In this document: positions 13,182 to 24,603 of the stretch, in pieces
Layout of the letters: each line of letters starts with the position of its first letter
How positions within the stretch are numbered: position 1 is the first letter of the stretch
Source of the DNA: Lytechinus pictus
Taxonomy: Eukaryota
DNA: 64,000 bases
Direction: 5' to 3'
Assembly: GCF_037042905.1 (NCBI RefSeq)
Contig: NC_087252.1
Span: 26,414,001 to 26,478,000, forward strand
The notes under the pieces: generated by a model
What the model was told of the DNA's origin: nothing
The model's database searches: none
Seen by the model: the letters and a program-made list of their open reading frames with translations, nothing else
Program-made: the position numbers and the translations under genes

Positions 13182-13723
13182 CGCATACATTCGTAATTCC
13201 GAAGCTTCGTTATTCCGAAAGTTCGGATATTCCGAAGGTTCGTTATTCCGAAGGTTCTTTTTTCCGAAGGTTCGTAAGTCCGAAAACGAAATGAGGTTCG
13301 TAATTCCGAAGGTTCGTTAGTCCGAAAACAAAGTGAGGTTCGTAATTCCGAACGTTCGTTAATCCGAAAACGAAATGAGGTTCGTAATTCCGAAGGTTCG
13401 TTAGTCCGAAAACGTAATGATTAACGAACCTTATTTCGTTTTCGGACTAACGAACCTTCGGAACAACGAACCTTATTTCGTTTTTGGATTAATGAACCTT
13501 CGGAACAGCGAACCTTATTTCGTTTTCGGACTAACGAACCTTCGGAACATCGAACATTATTTCGTTTTCGGATTATCGAACCTTCGGAATAACGCCACAA
13601 ATGTTCGGATTAACGAACCCTTTTACGTTTTCGGATTAACGAACATCGAGGTATAGGCAATTTACGTGTTTCGGAATTACGAACCTTCGGAATAAAGAAC
13701 CTTCGGAATTACGAAGTGTAACC
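13182..13723. mobile_element. Foldback-type element built of TTCGTAATTCCGAAGG sub-repeats, 8-bp TSD
   Basis: Left arm has TTCCGAAGGTTCG units, right arm CGAACCTTCGGAA units; AACATTTT at 13174-13181 and 13724-13731; empty site at ~14022. Confidence 0.85.
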
Positions 13724-14239
13724 AACATTTTGCTGACTTTAAGGTAAATACAATTATGTAGGAGTAGTCAAAGCTTTAAGCAGAGGAGGACGCAAGTGCT
13801 GTCAGGTATTTGAATCCGCACATTGTGGTTCAAGTTTACATCCGTACACTTATCCACTGAGCCCCAACACCTCTTCATATAATAGCTTACAATTTGTTAT
13901 GGTTAATAAACACTGATAATTTACAAATTGTCTGACATATCAACTTTTTAGATACATGTTTTTTTTACTTGGCAAGTTTATCCAAATTTCAATAATCATC
14001 ACGGTTCCAGTAACTGCTGTAAACATTTTGCTGACTTTAACGTAAATACAATTATTTAGAAATAGTTAAAGCTTTAAGTAGAGGATGACGCAAGTTTTGT
14101 CAGGAATTTGAACCCAGACACTGTGGTTCAAGTTAACGTCTGGACACGATGCCTTTCATGAACAAGTTATGATTTATCCATTTATTTTATTATATGTTTT
14201 AATATTTTTAAGGTTAATAGAAATTGATAATCTACAAAT

Positions 14240-14997
14240 CAGACATGAAAATTGGGTATGAAAAAAAAAGCTGAAAGGGTTTTGGAAATGTCGTTGACAA
14301 GACGGTGGGCGAAGCCCACCGGGCGAGCGGCTTGCCGCTCGCTGCTAACGGGTGGGGTCCAGGGGCAACGCCCCGGTGGGGGTCCAGGGGGCAAGATGTC
14401 GTATGCGCAACTGCTAAAAAAAAAAAAAAAAAAAAAAAATTGAAAAAAAAAAAAAAAAAAAAATTGAAAAAATTTTACATTTTACATCTTTAAATCCATG
14501 AAATGGCCTTCTTTTTTCCATAATACCTTGAAATTACTTTGATTTAGTTGAAAACTATCAGAAAAATGAAGAATATTCACCTCTTTCCCGACTCTGATTT
14601 GAACTTACCTCGGTAAATATTGTAGTCCCACATGTAGACTTTCATGGTGCTGCCATGAAAATCTACATATGGGACTACATGGGACTGCAAATATTTACCG
14701 AGTTTAAATTAAAATCAGAGTCGGGAAAGAGATGAATATTCTTAATTTTTCTGATAGTTTTCAACTAAATCAAAGTAATTTCAAGAAATTATGGAAAAAA
14801 GAAGACCATTTCATGGATTTAAAGATGTGAAATGTGAAATTTTAGCAATTTTTTTTTTATTTTTTATTTTTTTATTTTTTTATTTTTTTATTTTTTTTTA
14901 AGGAGCGCGGTAGGAGCGCCGGCGCGATCGCGCTCCTAAAAAATGAAGGTCTGAAAAACGCGGAAATCCGCGGAAACGCGGAGAATTGTCATGCCTG
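14240..14997. mobile_element. CAG...CTG element with 6-bp TSD, containing a long internal palindrome
   Basis: TIR CAGACATGAAAATT / AATTGTCATGCCTG; ACAAAT at 14234-14239 and 14998-15003; palindrome about 14415-14900 centred near 14649. Confidence 0.8.
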
Positions 14998-15059
14998 ACA
15001 AATTGTCTGACGTATCGACTTTTTAGCTACATGTTTTTTCATGATGAGAATAAAAACCT

Positions 15060-15279
15060 AAACTTTAAAAACAGAGAGTAAAAATATACCCAATATTGGG
15101 TAGAAAGGGAACGTGCATGTTTAGGCCTACTGGGTAATTTAATTTTTCCCCCAATATTGGACAAAATGAGTGTTTGAAGGGGAAATTTCATAATTTACAA
15201 AATATTTGGGATCTTTTTATCCAACAAACATGCATGTTCCCATTTTTACCCAATATTGGGTAAACTTTTTTTAGAGTGT
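15060..15279. mobile_element. MITE with CCCAATATTGGG sub-repeats ending TTTTAGAGTGT
   Basis: Related copy at about 47530-47785 with the same end. Confidence 0.55.
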
Positions 15280-16199
15280 ATCAAATGATCCATGATTGAA
15301 TGCACTATTATTAGCATTTACTTCTTCAACAATACCACTTGTTAGCTGTTTCTGGGTCTCGATTTTTATTTGGATAGGTCTAGGTCTAGATCGGTATTTG
15401 AACCAGTCCACCAGGGGTTAGAGTGGAGCATTGCTTCGTAATCTGGAAAAATATGACTCAGAGCCTAGGTCAATAATTTAAAATCTCCGAAGACAGATTC
15501 CTCTATCAATGGTCCCTAGTTTCATTCAGAACCAAATCATTTCACATACAACTATTCTTTGTATTTCTAACCATAATTTTTTTCGTTCTCATGTACTTCA
15601 TTCTTGTTTAACCCTTTCCACGCGTACTTCGCACCAATGCACACTCGGTGCCGTGCGAACTTCGCATTTCACACTCAACAAACAATGCATTGTTTCCCTC
15701 CCTGAAAATAATTCAGCACAGATGGGTTCATGGTCCAGCGCACAAAGAGTTAATTTACCAAGAAAAATTAAGAAAGCAGCTGCATCAATAAGTTTTTTTG
15801 AAGTACAAAGAATGCTCAATTTGTTTTTTCAATAGTTTGTAAATATATGTATGTATATACAAGGTCTTTAAATCTATATATTTCATTTTTAACTTAATAC
15901 ATAAATTTATAGACATGCATATCTTTTCGTGTTGTACATTATGTTGTACACCTATAACCATTGAGGTGTCGATAGAGTCAAATATATCTATTTACAATGG
16001 ATGCTGCTTCAGTATACGCAGTGCATGTATATTCTTGACAAATTTCTCATACATTATGTAATATTTACGCCCAAATAATACATCTGCCGAGGATTTCTAG
16101 ATGCTGTTCTGGAGTAAGAAAAACACTAAATAAAAACAAAATATTGTCATATTATTTGTATTTCTATTAGGCTCAATATAAAAAAAAATCAAGTTTGAT

Positions 16200-16287
16200 T
16201 TGACCACTTACTTACTATACTGTCCATAGTAACTCTATGCTATTCATTTTGACACCAGTATCCCATGGGTAAACTTCAACATACTGA
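16200..16287 (-). pseudogene. Decayed duplicate (pseudo-exon) of the 3' part of coding exon 3, including a donor site
   Basis: Aligns to 16326-16413 at a 126-bp offset (TTTGACACCAGTATCCCATGGGTAAACTT vs TTTGACACTGGTAGCCCATGGGTGAACTT); TGA and TAG stops in the homologous frame. Confidence 0.7.
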
Positions 16288-16337
16288 TTCAATCAATTAT
16301 TTCAAATTAATGTTTTCATTTTGAATTGACCTCTCAC

Positions 16338-16469
16338 CTCTGTAGTTGACCCCTGCAACCATAGGATGTCCACTTTGACACTGGTAGCCCATGGGTGAAC
16401 TTTGACATCTTGTGCACCTGTTGGGGGCGGTACATGTACCCCCTCCTTCGCAAGTTCCTCTGCACGTAG
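16338..16469 (-). CDS. Fibrillin/LTBP-family-like protein, coding exon 3 (EGF-like domain)
   Basis: ttttcag acceptor, gtgag donor, 132 nt, phase 1-1; encodes (P)TCRGTCEGGGTCTAPNRCTRCQSSPMGYQCQSGHPMVAGVNYR, with six Cys resembling the CxxxCxxGGxCxxPNxC EGF of fibrillins/LTBPs. Confidence 0.85.
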
Positions 16470-16858
16470 CTGAAAAGTACAAAATAGGACAATTAATCTT
16501 TTTAGTTTATTTTTCACTGAAAAGATTTGTTAATGAATATTGTTCAGTTCATTTCAATTTCTGTATTTTCTCAGCATAAAAATTATATGCAATATGTACT
16601 AGAATGATAAATAACTTGTATTAGAAAAAAAACAGAAGCTGGAAAAAAAAGTTTGTTTAAAAAATCTTGTGAGTAGTAACTAGTATGAAATTTAGTAATA
16701 ATTCAAACCCATAACTCATCACTACAAAGCTAATTGCACACCAAAACAGTGTTGTGGCTCGGTTAAGAGGTCTCTGAACTTCAAACCTTAGGTCTGGGGT
16801 TCAAATTTCACTGCAGCAGCAACACATGCCACTCTCTATCCCCAGGAGTGCATCTATA

Positions 16859-17336
16859 ATGCTTTTCACACTGCATTTCCTTAACCCCATACTATCCTTA
16901 ACCCCATACTATCTTTTTTTCGATTCACACTGTCTTTCTTAACCCCATACTATTAGCTTAGCCGGGGTTAACGCCTTAACCCCGGGCAATCACACAGCTC
17001 ATTAATATTGATGATTTTACCATACAGAGCACGATTAACGTGCAATTTTGACTTCTGTGATTGGCTAATGCTTAGCCCCACTTTTCCTTAGCCCTGTTTC
17101 GTTTCACACTGCATCTCTTAGCACCGCAATTAGCACCACAATAAGCCGGCTAACCCTGCTTTTTTGCAGGGCCAGATATTACCGTACTATTTACCGTGCT
17201 AGCCCACTTAGCTAAAACGTAGTGTGAAAACGAAGTGGGCTAAGCTTAACCCCGGGGAAATTGGTGGGGCTAAGACCCCCCCTTAGCCCCACCAATTTCC
17301 TGGGGTTAAGGGGAAAAAGTGCAGTGTGAAAAGCAT
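16859..17336. mobile_element. MITE with ATGCTTTTCACACTGCA TIRs and internal TTAACCCC/TTAGCCCC repeats
   Basis: Left ATGCTTTTCACACTGCA, right TGCAGTGTGAAAAGCAT. Confidence 0.8.
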
Positions 17337-17850
17337 ATTTGAAACCTCTTGGTGGTTACTAACCAATTCGGTTCAAAATGATACATCAATATAAAAATTG
17401 TTGTTAGGCTTTTTTTTTTTAAACATAAATTTTCAAAATTGTTTCTGATTCTGGGGAGAATTTACAGCTTGAGATTACAAAAGTATTGCAGTGAATATCA
17501 TTTTTTATCACTATTCAAACGAAAAGGCTAATCAAAACTGGATCTAATGACCATGACTGATCCTCTATTCCCACTGGCCCATTTTCACGTCCTAATAACG
17601 TCCATGTGTTCTGCTTCATCATGGTGTGGTTTCGTTTTCAGCTGCAAGGTTGAACGTTGACCAAATCCAGATTTGTAAACCATTTTGTTTTTAGTTATTT
17701 TGATATTACTCCGTGCCTCCCATTTTTCAATATCCAGCCTCCCCTTCAGCTAAACATTGTTTTTTCCCCTTTTTTAAAGATTTTTTTAAGGTGGGAAACT
17801 GCATCCTTAAAATTTTGAGCAGGGGAATCATCAACCACCATTTTTTTTTT

Positions 17851-18445
17851 TCAAGGTCAAGTCCACCCCAGGAAAATGCTGACTTGAATAAATAGAGAAA
17901 AATTAAACTAGCATAGTGCTGAAAATTTCATCAAAATCGGATGTAAAATAAGTTATGACATTTTAAAGTTTCGCTTCTTTTTCACAAAACAGTGATATGC
18001 ACAACTAGGTGAGTGAGTCGATGATGTCCATCACTCACTATTTCTTTTGATTTTATTGTTTGAATTATACAATATTTCATTTTTTATAGATTTGACAATT
18101 AGGACCAACTTGACTGAACCATATATCATTAAACAATGCTAATTCCACATGTTCAGGGAGGAATCAGTCGTTGTTTCACTTGAGACAATGAGGAGAAAAT
18201 TTGAATATTTCATATTTCATGTAATAAAATACAAAAGAAATAGTGAGTGGGTGACATCATAGTCTCCTCATTTGCATATTGACCAGGATGTGCATAAAAC
18301 TGTTTTGTGAAATTAAGCGAAACTTTAAAATGTCATAACTTTCTTATTTTACACCCAATTTTGATGAAACTTTCAGTGTTATGCTTGTTGGATTTTTCTC
18401 TTTTTATTCAAATCAACTTTTTGTTGGGGTGGACTTGTCCTTTAA
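17851..18445. mobile_element. Family B element, full length (Kolobok-like)
   Basis: TIR AAGGTCAAGTCCACCCCA / TGGGGTGGACTTGTCCTTTAA; similar along its length to 61100-61700. Confidence 0.85.
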
Positions 18446-19829
18446 TCCCTGATTCTGCCTCCCAAAGAAACAATATGTCATCTGCATTATTAATCCAAGT
18501 GTATTCACCAGGTCAGGTAGCAAAAGAAACAGTGAACTGCAAATCCTCTGTTTTGGATGACAAATTTATCACCAGCGCTTGACCCTGAGTGGTGTAGGTC
18601 ATATGACAAGCACACAGGTTAACGAGGGGAATTGGACAGAAGACTCGCTAGGGAATGCCAAACTGAGTCAGCTTTCCGCCTTGAAAGAATGAAAGTCGTA
18701 GTAAGGCACATCATCGTGCAAATCGTGAAGTTACTATCATTGTAAACTCACAGCATTTACGATCTGCAGTGGAAAAGCTAAGATAACTGAGTTTTTATCA
18801 TAAAGATGATTAACAAGAGGCAATATGGGGCCTGTACCACGAATCTTAACCATTGATAATAAGTTGAGTGGTATTATTGAATCCATCATATGATATTTGC
18901 AATCGATTGTAAAAAATGGCAATCGCCGCTTCATATACACCCAAATTCTCCACACATTCAGTTTGGTCTTATCCCATATGGTCTAATCCCAGTCCACCTA
19001 ACCATTGGATCGTTTTGCAATTCAATTTCAACAATTACCATTTTGTCTAATTTCAGCTAAGGCTTTACTCATTTTGTCTAATATCCACTCAGTCTAACAG
19101 AGAGTCATTAAATGCAATTTTTACCTATTAGAATTTATGGCACTTTCTAGCTGTTAGGATTCAAATTTAAATCTAGTGCTATCTCTCAGTATTAGTTATA
19201 TTTTTACTTCAAATAGCCATATTATGAGCATCTACTTTTACAGGAATTGGATATTACATGAAGGAAGCTACAAACAAAGATAATATGTTGAAATTTTCTG
19301 CCAATTCTATCAAATAAACTGGTTATAGACCAAATAGACAGCGGAAATTAGGCTATCTATGATAAGACAAAATCAATGATAGACCAAGTGGGTATGAGAC
19401 CCAGTGATCATTGGACCAAACAGTAATGGGACCAAAATGATGGTAGACCAAGGGGATTCAAGCCATTGAAATAAGGTCCTGTTTCATACAGACTTGTTAT
19501 AATAACAAATTCACTATCAGCCAATCAAATTAAAGCATTTCAGTAGCTTTAAACTGTAATCGCACATTTCTTATTATAACAAGTTTTAAGAAACAAGGCC
19601 TCTGATGATTGATCACCTAGTTTTGTGTGACAGCTAGACCAAGGTGGAACAATGTCATGTTTTACACCTGTACAAGGGGAACGGACTGTTTCCATATTGC
19701 GAAGTATAAATCACCTTCTTCCTCTCTTGCGAGTCATTCATGGTTTCGCTGGGAAAGACATGACATGTGTGCCAAACTTATTTACACCATGGACCTACCA
19801 CTCTGAGTAGTAAGTCCATGTTTAACAAC

Positions 19830-20097
19830 AGGCATTTATATAGCGCTATCTATCTAGAAATATTCTATTCCGAGGCGCGTTATTATTATCATTACCCCGG
19901 CTTTAGCTCGAGCTGCCTTTAAACGCTCATGCATTCAAGGAATTAATCCTGCCGAGTACCCATTCACCTCACTTGGGTTGAGTGCAGCACAACGTGGATG
20001 AATTTCTTGCTGAAGGAAATTACGCCATGGCTGGGATTCAAACCCACGACGCTCTGTTTCAAAGTCAGAAGACTAATCCACTGGGCCACAACGCTCC
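19830..20097 (-). mobile_element. tRNA-derived SINE (Deu/Nin-domain-like)
   Basis: Minus strand has a tRNA-like head with a B-box-like GGTTTGAATCC, then GAGGTGAATGGGTAC core; similar to 60292-60560 and 38950-39224. Confidence 0.8.
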
Positions 20098-20419
20098 ACA
20101 TGTTTACACCTACTGTATGTCTCAAATGATGATAGTTCCCATCCTAAACATGTATGACAATATTTCTTAAGCACAGTGATTACTTTTAATTGTTAATGGC
20201 AATTGCAGTCAGAATTCTTACTATACAAACTAAATGCATCTCTGTCTATTTCAAGCAATTGTTTAAGATATTTCTTGTTTTCTTGTAATATGATATATGA
20301 AAAACCTTATTTCATTCATACTAAGAAATAGGGGTTCAAATTAGAAATCTAGGGGTTGGTACAATAACAGCACCCCAGGGGGTGCTAATGAGAGTAATTA
20401 TACTCTATTCTTTGCACCT

Positions 20420-20822
20420 TTAAAGGTAAATGCTAGTTTTGGTAACGATATCAAAATGAGTTTGTACAGAATCCAATGAAATGACCAACAAAGTGTCTGT
20501 TTGTATAAATAAAATAAATGTGCCAAAGGATTCTGGAAGAAATTGTGTAATTGCTGAGAAATCAGCAAATAAGCACAGGATTCGGGTAGAGCGTCGGGCC
20601 CGACGCTCAAAGCAATAATTATACACTGTCCCACGTGCGCTTATCTGTGTTGGGGAAGTTCAGTCTGAACATTTTTCAGCGTAGATTTCAAGATTTCACA
20701 AAGTTCAGTTTATGTAACTGTACCAGATCTAGATCCTCGATGATATACTGACAATTAAGCCTGGTTTTACAGACTTTCTCATGAAATCAGTGTTTACTGC
20801 AACTACTGGAATTTCTCTTTAA
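20420..20822. mobile_element. Family A MITE copy (TTAA-flanked)
   Basis: Near-identical to 12094-12494; TTAA at both ends. Confidence 0.85.
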
Positions 20823-21185
20823 GGGTGAGTTGAACCATGCAATAAAGGTTCAAATTTGAATTTTTTTTAATGTGCAGTATTATGCACCTTAAAGGTGAAA
20901 ATTGCACCATTTAAGGTGCAAATTAGCATTACTGGGTGCAAATGATAATAAAAAGGGTACATTTTTCCACCTTTTTCCAAATTGGGGTGCAAGATTACAC
21001 CCCAAAAGACCCTACACCTGACTGGAATGCCATGTCTATTTTGCTCTTTTTTCTACAATAGCATTTTCTCCTGAATTATTTTCAATACATACTTTCAATT
21101 TATACATAAGAAATCATTGGGTGATCATTGGATTCTGTTCGAACTCATGTTAAGATTGCTACCAAAGTGGGAAATTAGGTTTATC

Positions 21186-21617
21186 AACTAGAAATTTGAT
21201 GTGTCCAAAGGACACGGACGCCCCCGCTTAATGGGATCAGAAATTCATTCAATATGATTGAACCAACTCGCATATATAATGAGCTGTGACCTTTGACCTG
21301 CGGACTCTGAATTCGAAATTACCCTGTATTTTGGTGACATCTACCTACACAACTAATTTTTTTTTAATCTGTTGAACAATTCATAAGTTATCACGCAAAA
21401 ACCAACTCACATATTTAATGAGCTGTGACCTTTGACCTGCGGACTCCAAATTCAAACTTAGCCAGTAGTTGGGTGTCATCTACCTACACACCAACATTTT
21501 TTTAAATCAATTAAACATTTGTTGAGTTATTGCGCGGAAACCAAGAGGGGGGACGGACCGACGGACAGGGGCAACGCTTAATGCCCCCTCCGGACTTCGT
21601 CTGCAGGGGCATAAAAA
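21186..21617 (+). mobile_element. Helentron-associated (HINE/pearl-like) non-autonomous element
   Basis: Two ~140-bp core repeats with GAGCTGTGACCTTTGACCTGCGGACT, a GGAC microsatellite, and a 3' hairpin GCCCC...GGGGC followed by an A-run. Confidence 0.65.
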
Positions 21618-21864
21618 ATAAAAGAACACAGTAACATATGAAACCCTTCACTAAAATACAAGAGGGTATCCTGTGCCAAAAACTTGCACTTTTGGAAGAT
21701 GATTGACTCGTAAAATTCTCCCTAAACCTAAGAAGGCTCGCTGACACATGAATCACATTCAGGGGCTAGAACAAGGTTGACTTAAACAGCTTGAATGATT
21801 CATTCTTAGAATTTAGTATAAAAAACAAGGATAGAAAGCATTTGTAAAGTTCTGTTCGCTCTTC

Positions 21865-22447
21865 TAGTGGTTCTAACTCTAGTCTTTTCATTACAGGGAT
21901 AAGGGTTCAAATCCCAGACAAACTGTAGGCCCGTATTCTGAACTCTGGTTTAAATTAAACCCTGGTTTAAAGTTGTGGTTTAACTATGGAGATTCAATGG
22001 GAGTACAATTCTCTTACAGTACACATTCAATTCATTAACTCATATTGCACCCATATTGTTCGTAATTGTCTGGAAATGATAACTGAAGTATTTTTCTTGA
22101 TCATGAAAACAAAATGAAACAAAATAGTAAACATAAGAAATATACAATATAAACAGAATTTTTGAATTTTTGGATCTCCATAATTTTAGCACAGAGTTAG
22201 ACCGTGGTCTAAGTTAAACCCGACTTCAGAATATGGGCCATAGTGTTCATTTCCTTGAGCAAGGGATTTATCCTTACTGTGCTGCACTCCACCCAGGTGA
22301 GGTAAATGGGGAGCTAGCAGGATAAATTCCTCAAATTGCTGGCACACAGTAAAGGTTGCGGGACTAAAACCGGGTTAATAGAGCTCATATGGACGTTATA
22401 TCATCATAATGATATACGTGCTATGCAAGAACCGAGTATTATTATTA
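21865..22447 (+). mobile_element. tRNA-derived SINE split by a MITE insertion
   Basis: Head with B box GGTTCAAATCC (21904) left of the MITE; core TCCTTGAGCAAGG...CACCCAGGTGAGGTAAATGGG and (TAT)n tail to the right. Confidence 0.7.
21928..22239. mobile_element. ~310-bp MITE (family C, Harbinger-like)
   Basis: GGCCCGTATTCTGAA / TTCAGAATATGGGCC TIRs; copies at 29834, 42057 and 59573. Confidence 0.85.
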
Positions 22448-23096
22448 TCCAAAGATGTGCTAAATACTTACCTAACATTAGCCCAATCTGTCGCTTCCAG
22501 AGCTTAATGCATTCAAGGAATTGATCCTGCCAGGTACCCATTCACCTGACTTATATGTAGATTAAGTGCAAAACAATGTGGAGCAATTTCTTTAAAACAC
22601 ACCAAATTTTTACCCCATGAAAATTAAAACTTTCAGGAAATCTTTTAAAAGTCAGACGTACACATTGCACGGTCTATAGCCTTTAAGACATAATTGCGTT
22701 CCAAGTCAGTATTAAAAAAGTTTTGTGAAAATGACGATGAAATTTCCGGATCCTAATTTCATCGCCTCTTGACATTTATGCTCAAGCGGCCTCATCAGGG
22801 AAAGGTATCGGAGACACATCCACAGGGCAGAAAAAAACTTTTGGGAGCTATACCCCTTTCATAAATTTGTGGATGCGGATCAGATACGGCTCGGATGCAG
22901 CTTATATCAGTCCATGACAGACCAAGAACCAAAATAATCTGAATTTTGTATGCAGCTTCAGGAAGACCTAATCGGCCATCCATTCCCATCTTTGAATTGA
23001 TATAAAGTGATTCTCAAATAGTGGGTTTAATCAGTTGTCGAAGGTATACTTTTCCAAGCCTAGGCACTGCTCTGAGTTTCCTTCATATAAGCTACA

Positions 23097-23238
23097 TAGG
23101 GATGCCAGTTGGAATTGATCAGAGGGCCTGAAATCACCTAGAATATAATATTTTGTACACAAAAATGCTAAAACTATGGCCTGAAAATAAATTGCCAGAG
23201 CCTGAATTCAGGCTTTTGCCTGAAAACTGGCATCCCTG
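23097..23238. mobile_element. 142-bp element with 6-bp TSD (hAT6-like)
   Basis: TIR TAGGGATGCCAGTT / AACTGGCATCCCTG; GCTACA at 23091-23096 and 23239-23244. Confidence 0.8.
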
Positions 23239-23569
23239 GCTACACTATTTCCAACTCTTCACTCGTAAAAAATGAACGAAGAATGAGTCAAGCATGGCTT
23301 TCATGCTTTTTTTCCTAAATTGCACTTTGTAAGGCGAAAAGAAACATCTGGGACTTTTTGTTTAAAGCAAACCATTTGCTGTATGGTGATGAAGAACATT
23401 GTGATAATGTGACGAGTTGCATGCCCTAGGATTCGGGTGTAGACAATAGTCTTCCCATATGGGGAACATCCTGACTACAGAGCAAGTATGATGTATATCA
23501 CCTGGATTTTAGAAAATATTTTTTTTCTTTTATAAAGAGATAGCTGTCATTTGCAGCATTGTTTTACAT

Positions 23570-24520
23570 GATGCTCTCTTTCCTATTTTCCTTCCCTTTT
23601 CATTCTCATCCTCCCCTTTTTCCCACTCCTTCATCTTTTTCTTCCATATTTATCCTACCTCTCCCTGTTTGTTTCCTCCAAATGTCTCCTCCCTCTTTCT
23701 CTTCTGTTCCTCTTCCCTCTTTCTACCCCTTCTCTCTTTCTACCCCTTCTCTCAGCTTACTCTCCCCTCCTTCTTTCTCTTCCCTTCCTCTCCTCTATCT
23801 ACTCTAGCTCAAGCTCCCCCTCTCTCCCTCTTTCTCTTCTCTCACTCCCCTCTTTCTACCCCTTCCCTCAGCTCACTCTCCCCCTCCCTCCCCCCTCAAT
23901 CTCCTCCTTCTCCTCCTCCCCTCTCCTCCCTCAACTTTCCCTCCTTCACTCCATCCCTCCCTCAGCTTGACCTTTCCCCTCTCTCTCCTCCGTACCCCCT
24001 TCCTCCCTTCCATCTCCTTCTCCACCTTCTCTACTCCTTCCCTCTGTTCAGCCTCTCCCTCTCTCCCCTCCTTCTCCTCCTCCCCTCTCCTCCCTCAACT
24101 TTCCCTTTTTCACTCCCTCCCTCCCTCAGCTTGACCTTTCCCCTCTCTCTCTCTCCTCCGTACGTACCCCCTTCCTCGCTTCCATCACCTCCTCCATCTT
24201 CTCTACTCCTTCCCTCTGTTCAGCCTCCCCCTCCTCCCCTCTCTCCCCTCCTTCTCCTCCTCCCCTCTCCTCCCTCAACTTTTCCTTCTTCACTCCCTTC
24301 CTCCCTCAGCTTGACCTTTCCCCTCTCTTTCTCCTCCGTACCCCCTTCCTCCTTTCCATCTCCTCCTCCACCTTCTCTACTCCTTCCCTCTGTTCAGCCT
24401 CCCCTCCTTCCCTCTCTCCCCTCCACCCCCTCCCCTCTCCTTAAATTCCTCTCTCACTAAATTTCCCCTCCCACCCCCTCCTTCTACTCTCGCTATCCAG
24501 CCTCCTCCAGCCTCCCCAAC
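23570..24520. repeat. ~950-bp polypyrimidine (CT-rich) tract with three 165-180-bp internal repeats
   Basis: Almost only C/T on the plus strand; CTCAGCTTGACCTTTCCCCTCTCT recurs at 23961, 24125 and 24305. Confidence 0.9.
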
Positions 24521-24603
24521 ATCCTGCTCCCAATCAAACAAGGATCTCCCTGTGCAAACCAATGCTCAGTCATACCAACGAACCCAAATCCAAACCCACC
24601 AAT

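Larger units (their letters stand above)
13120..15040. repeat. Tandem duplication of a ~310-bp unit, each copy interrupted by a different transposon
   Basis: TTGGCAAGTTT...ATCATCAC.GTTCCAGTAACTGCTGTAAACATTTT at ~13120 and ~13969; ACAAATTGTCTGAC.TATC.ACTTTTTAG at 13924 and 14998. Confidence 0.8.

Noticed and set aside
13182..13723. CRISPR-like regular repeats and the repetitive 79-aa ORF
   Set aside because: No unique spacers, inverted symmetry, flanking TSD, eukaryotic context and no cas genes.
1..16199. Further exons of the fibrillin/LTBP-like gene
   Set aside because: I found no Cys-patterned, splice-flanked segment by eye (e.g. 8340-8410 was unconvincing); a small non-Cys linker exon could have been missed.
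18307..18582. Recurrent MKLSETLK... ORF (also 61562-61927) as a gene family
   Set aside because: Shared only because both lie in copies of the family B element; no transposase motifs.
23669..24460. 263-aa Pro/Ser/Leu-rich ORF
   Set aside because: A C/T-only tract can hardly contain stop codons; it is antisense and intronic to the fibrillin-like gene.
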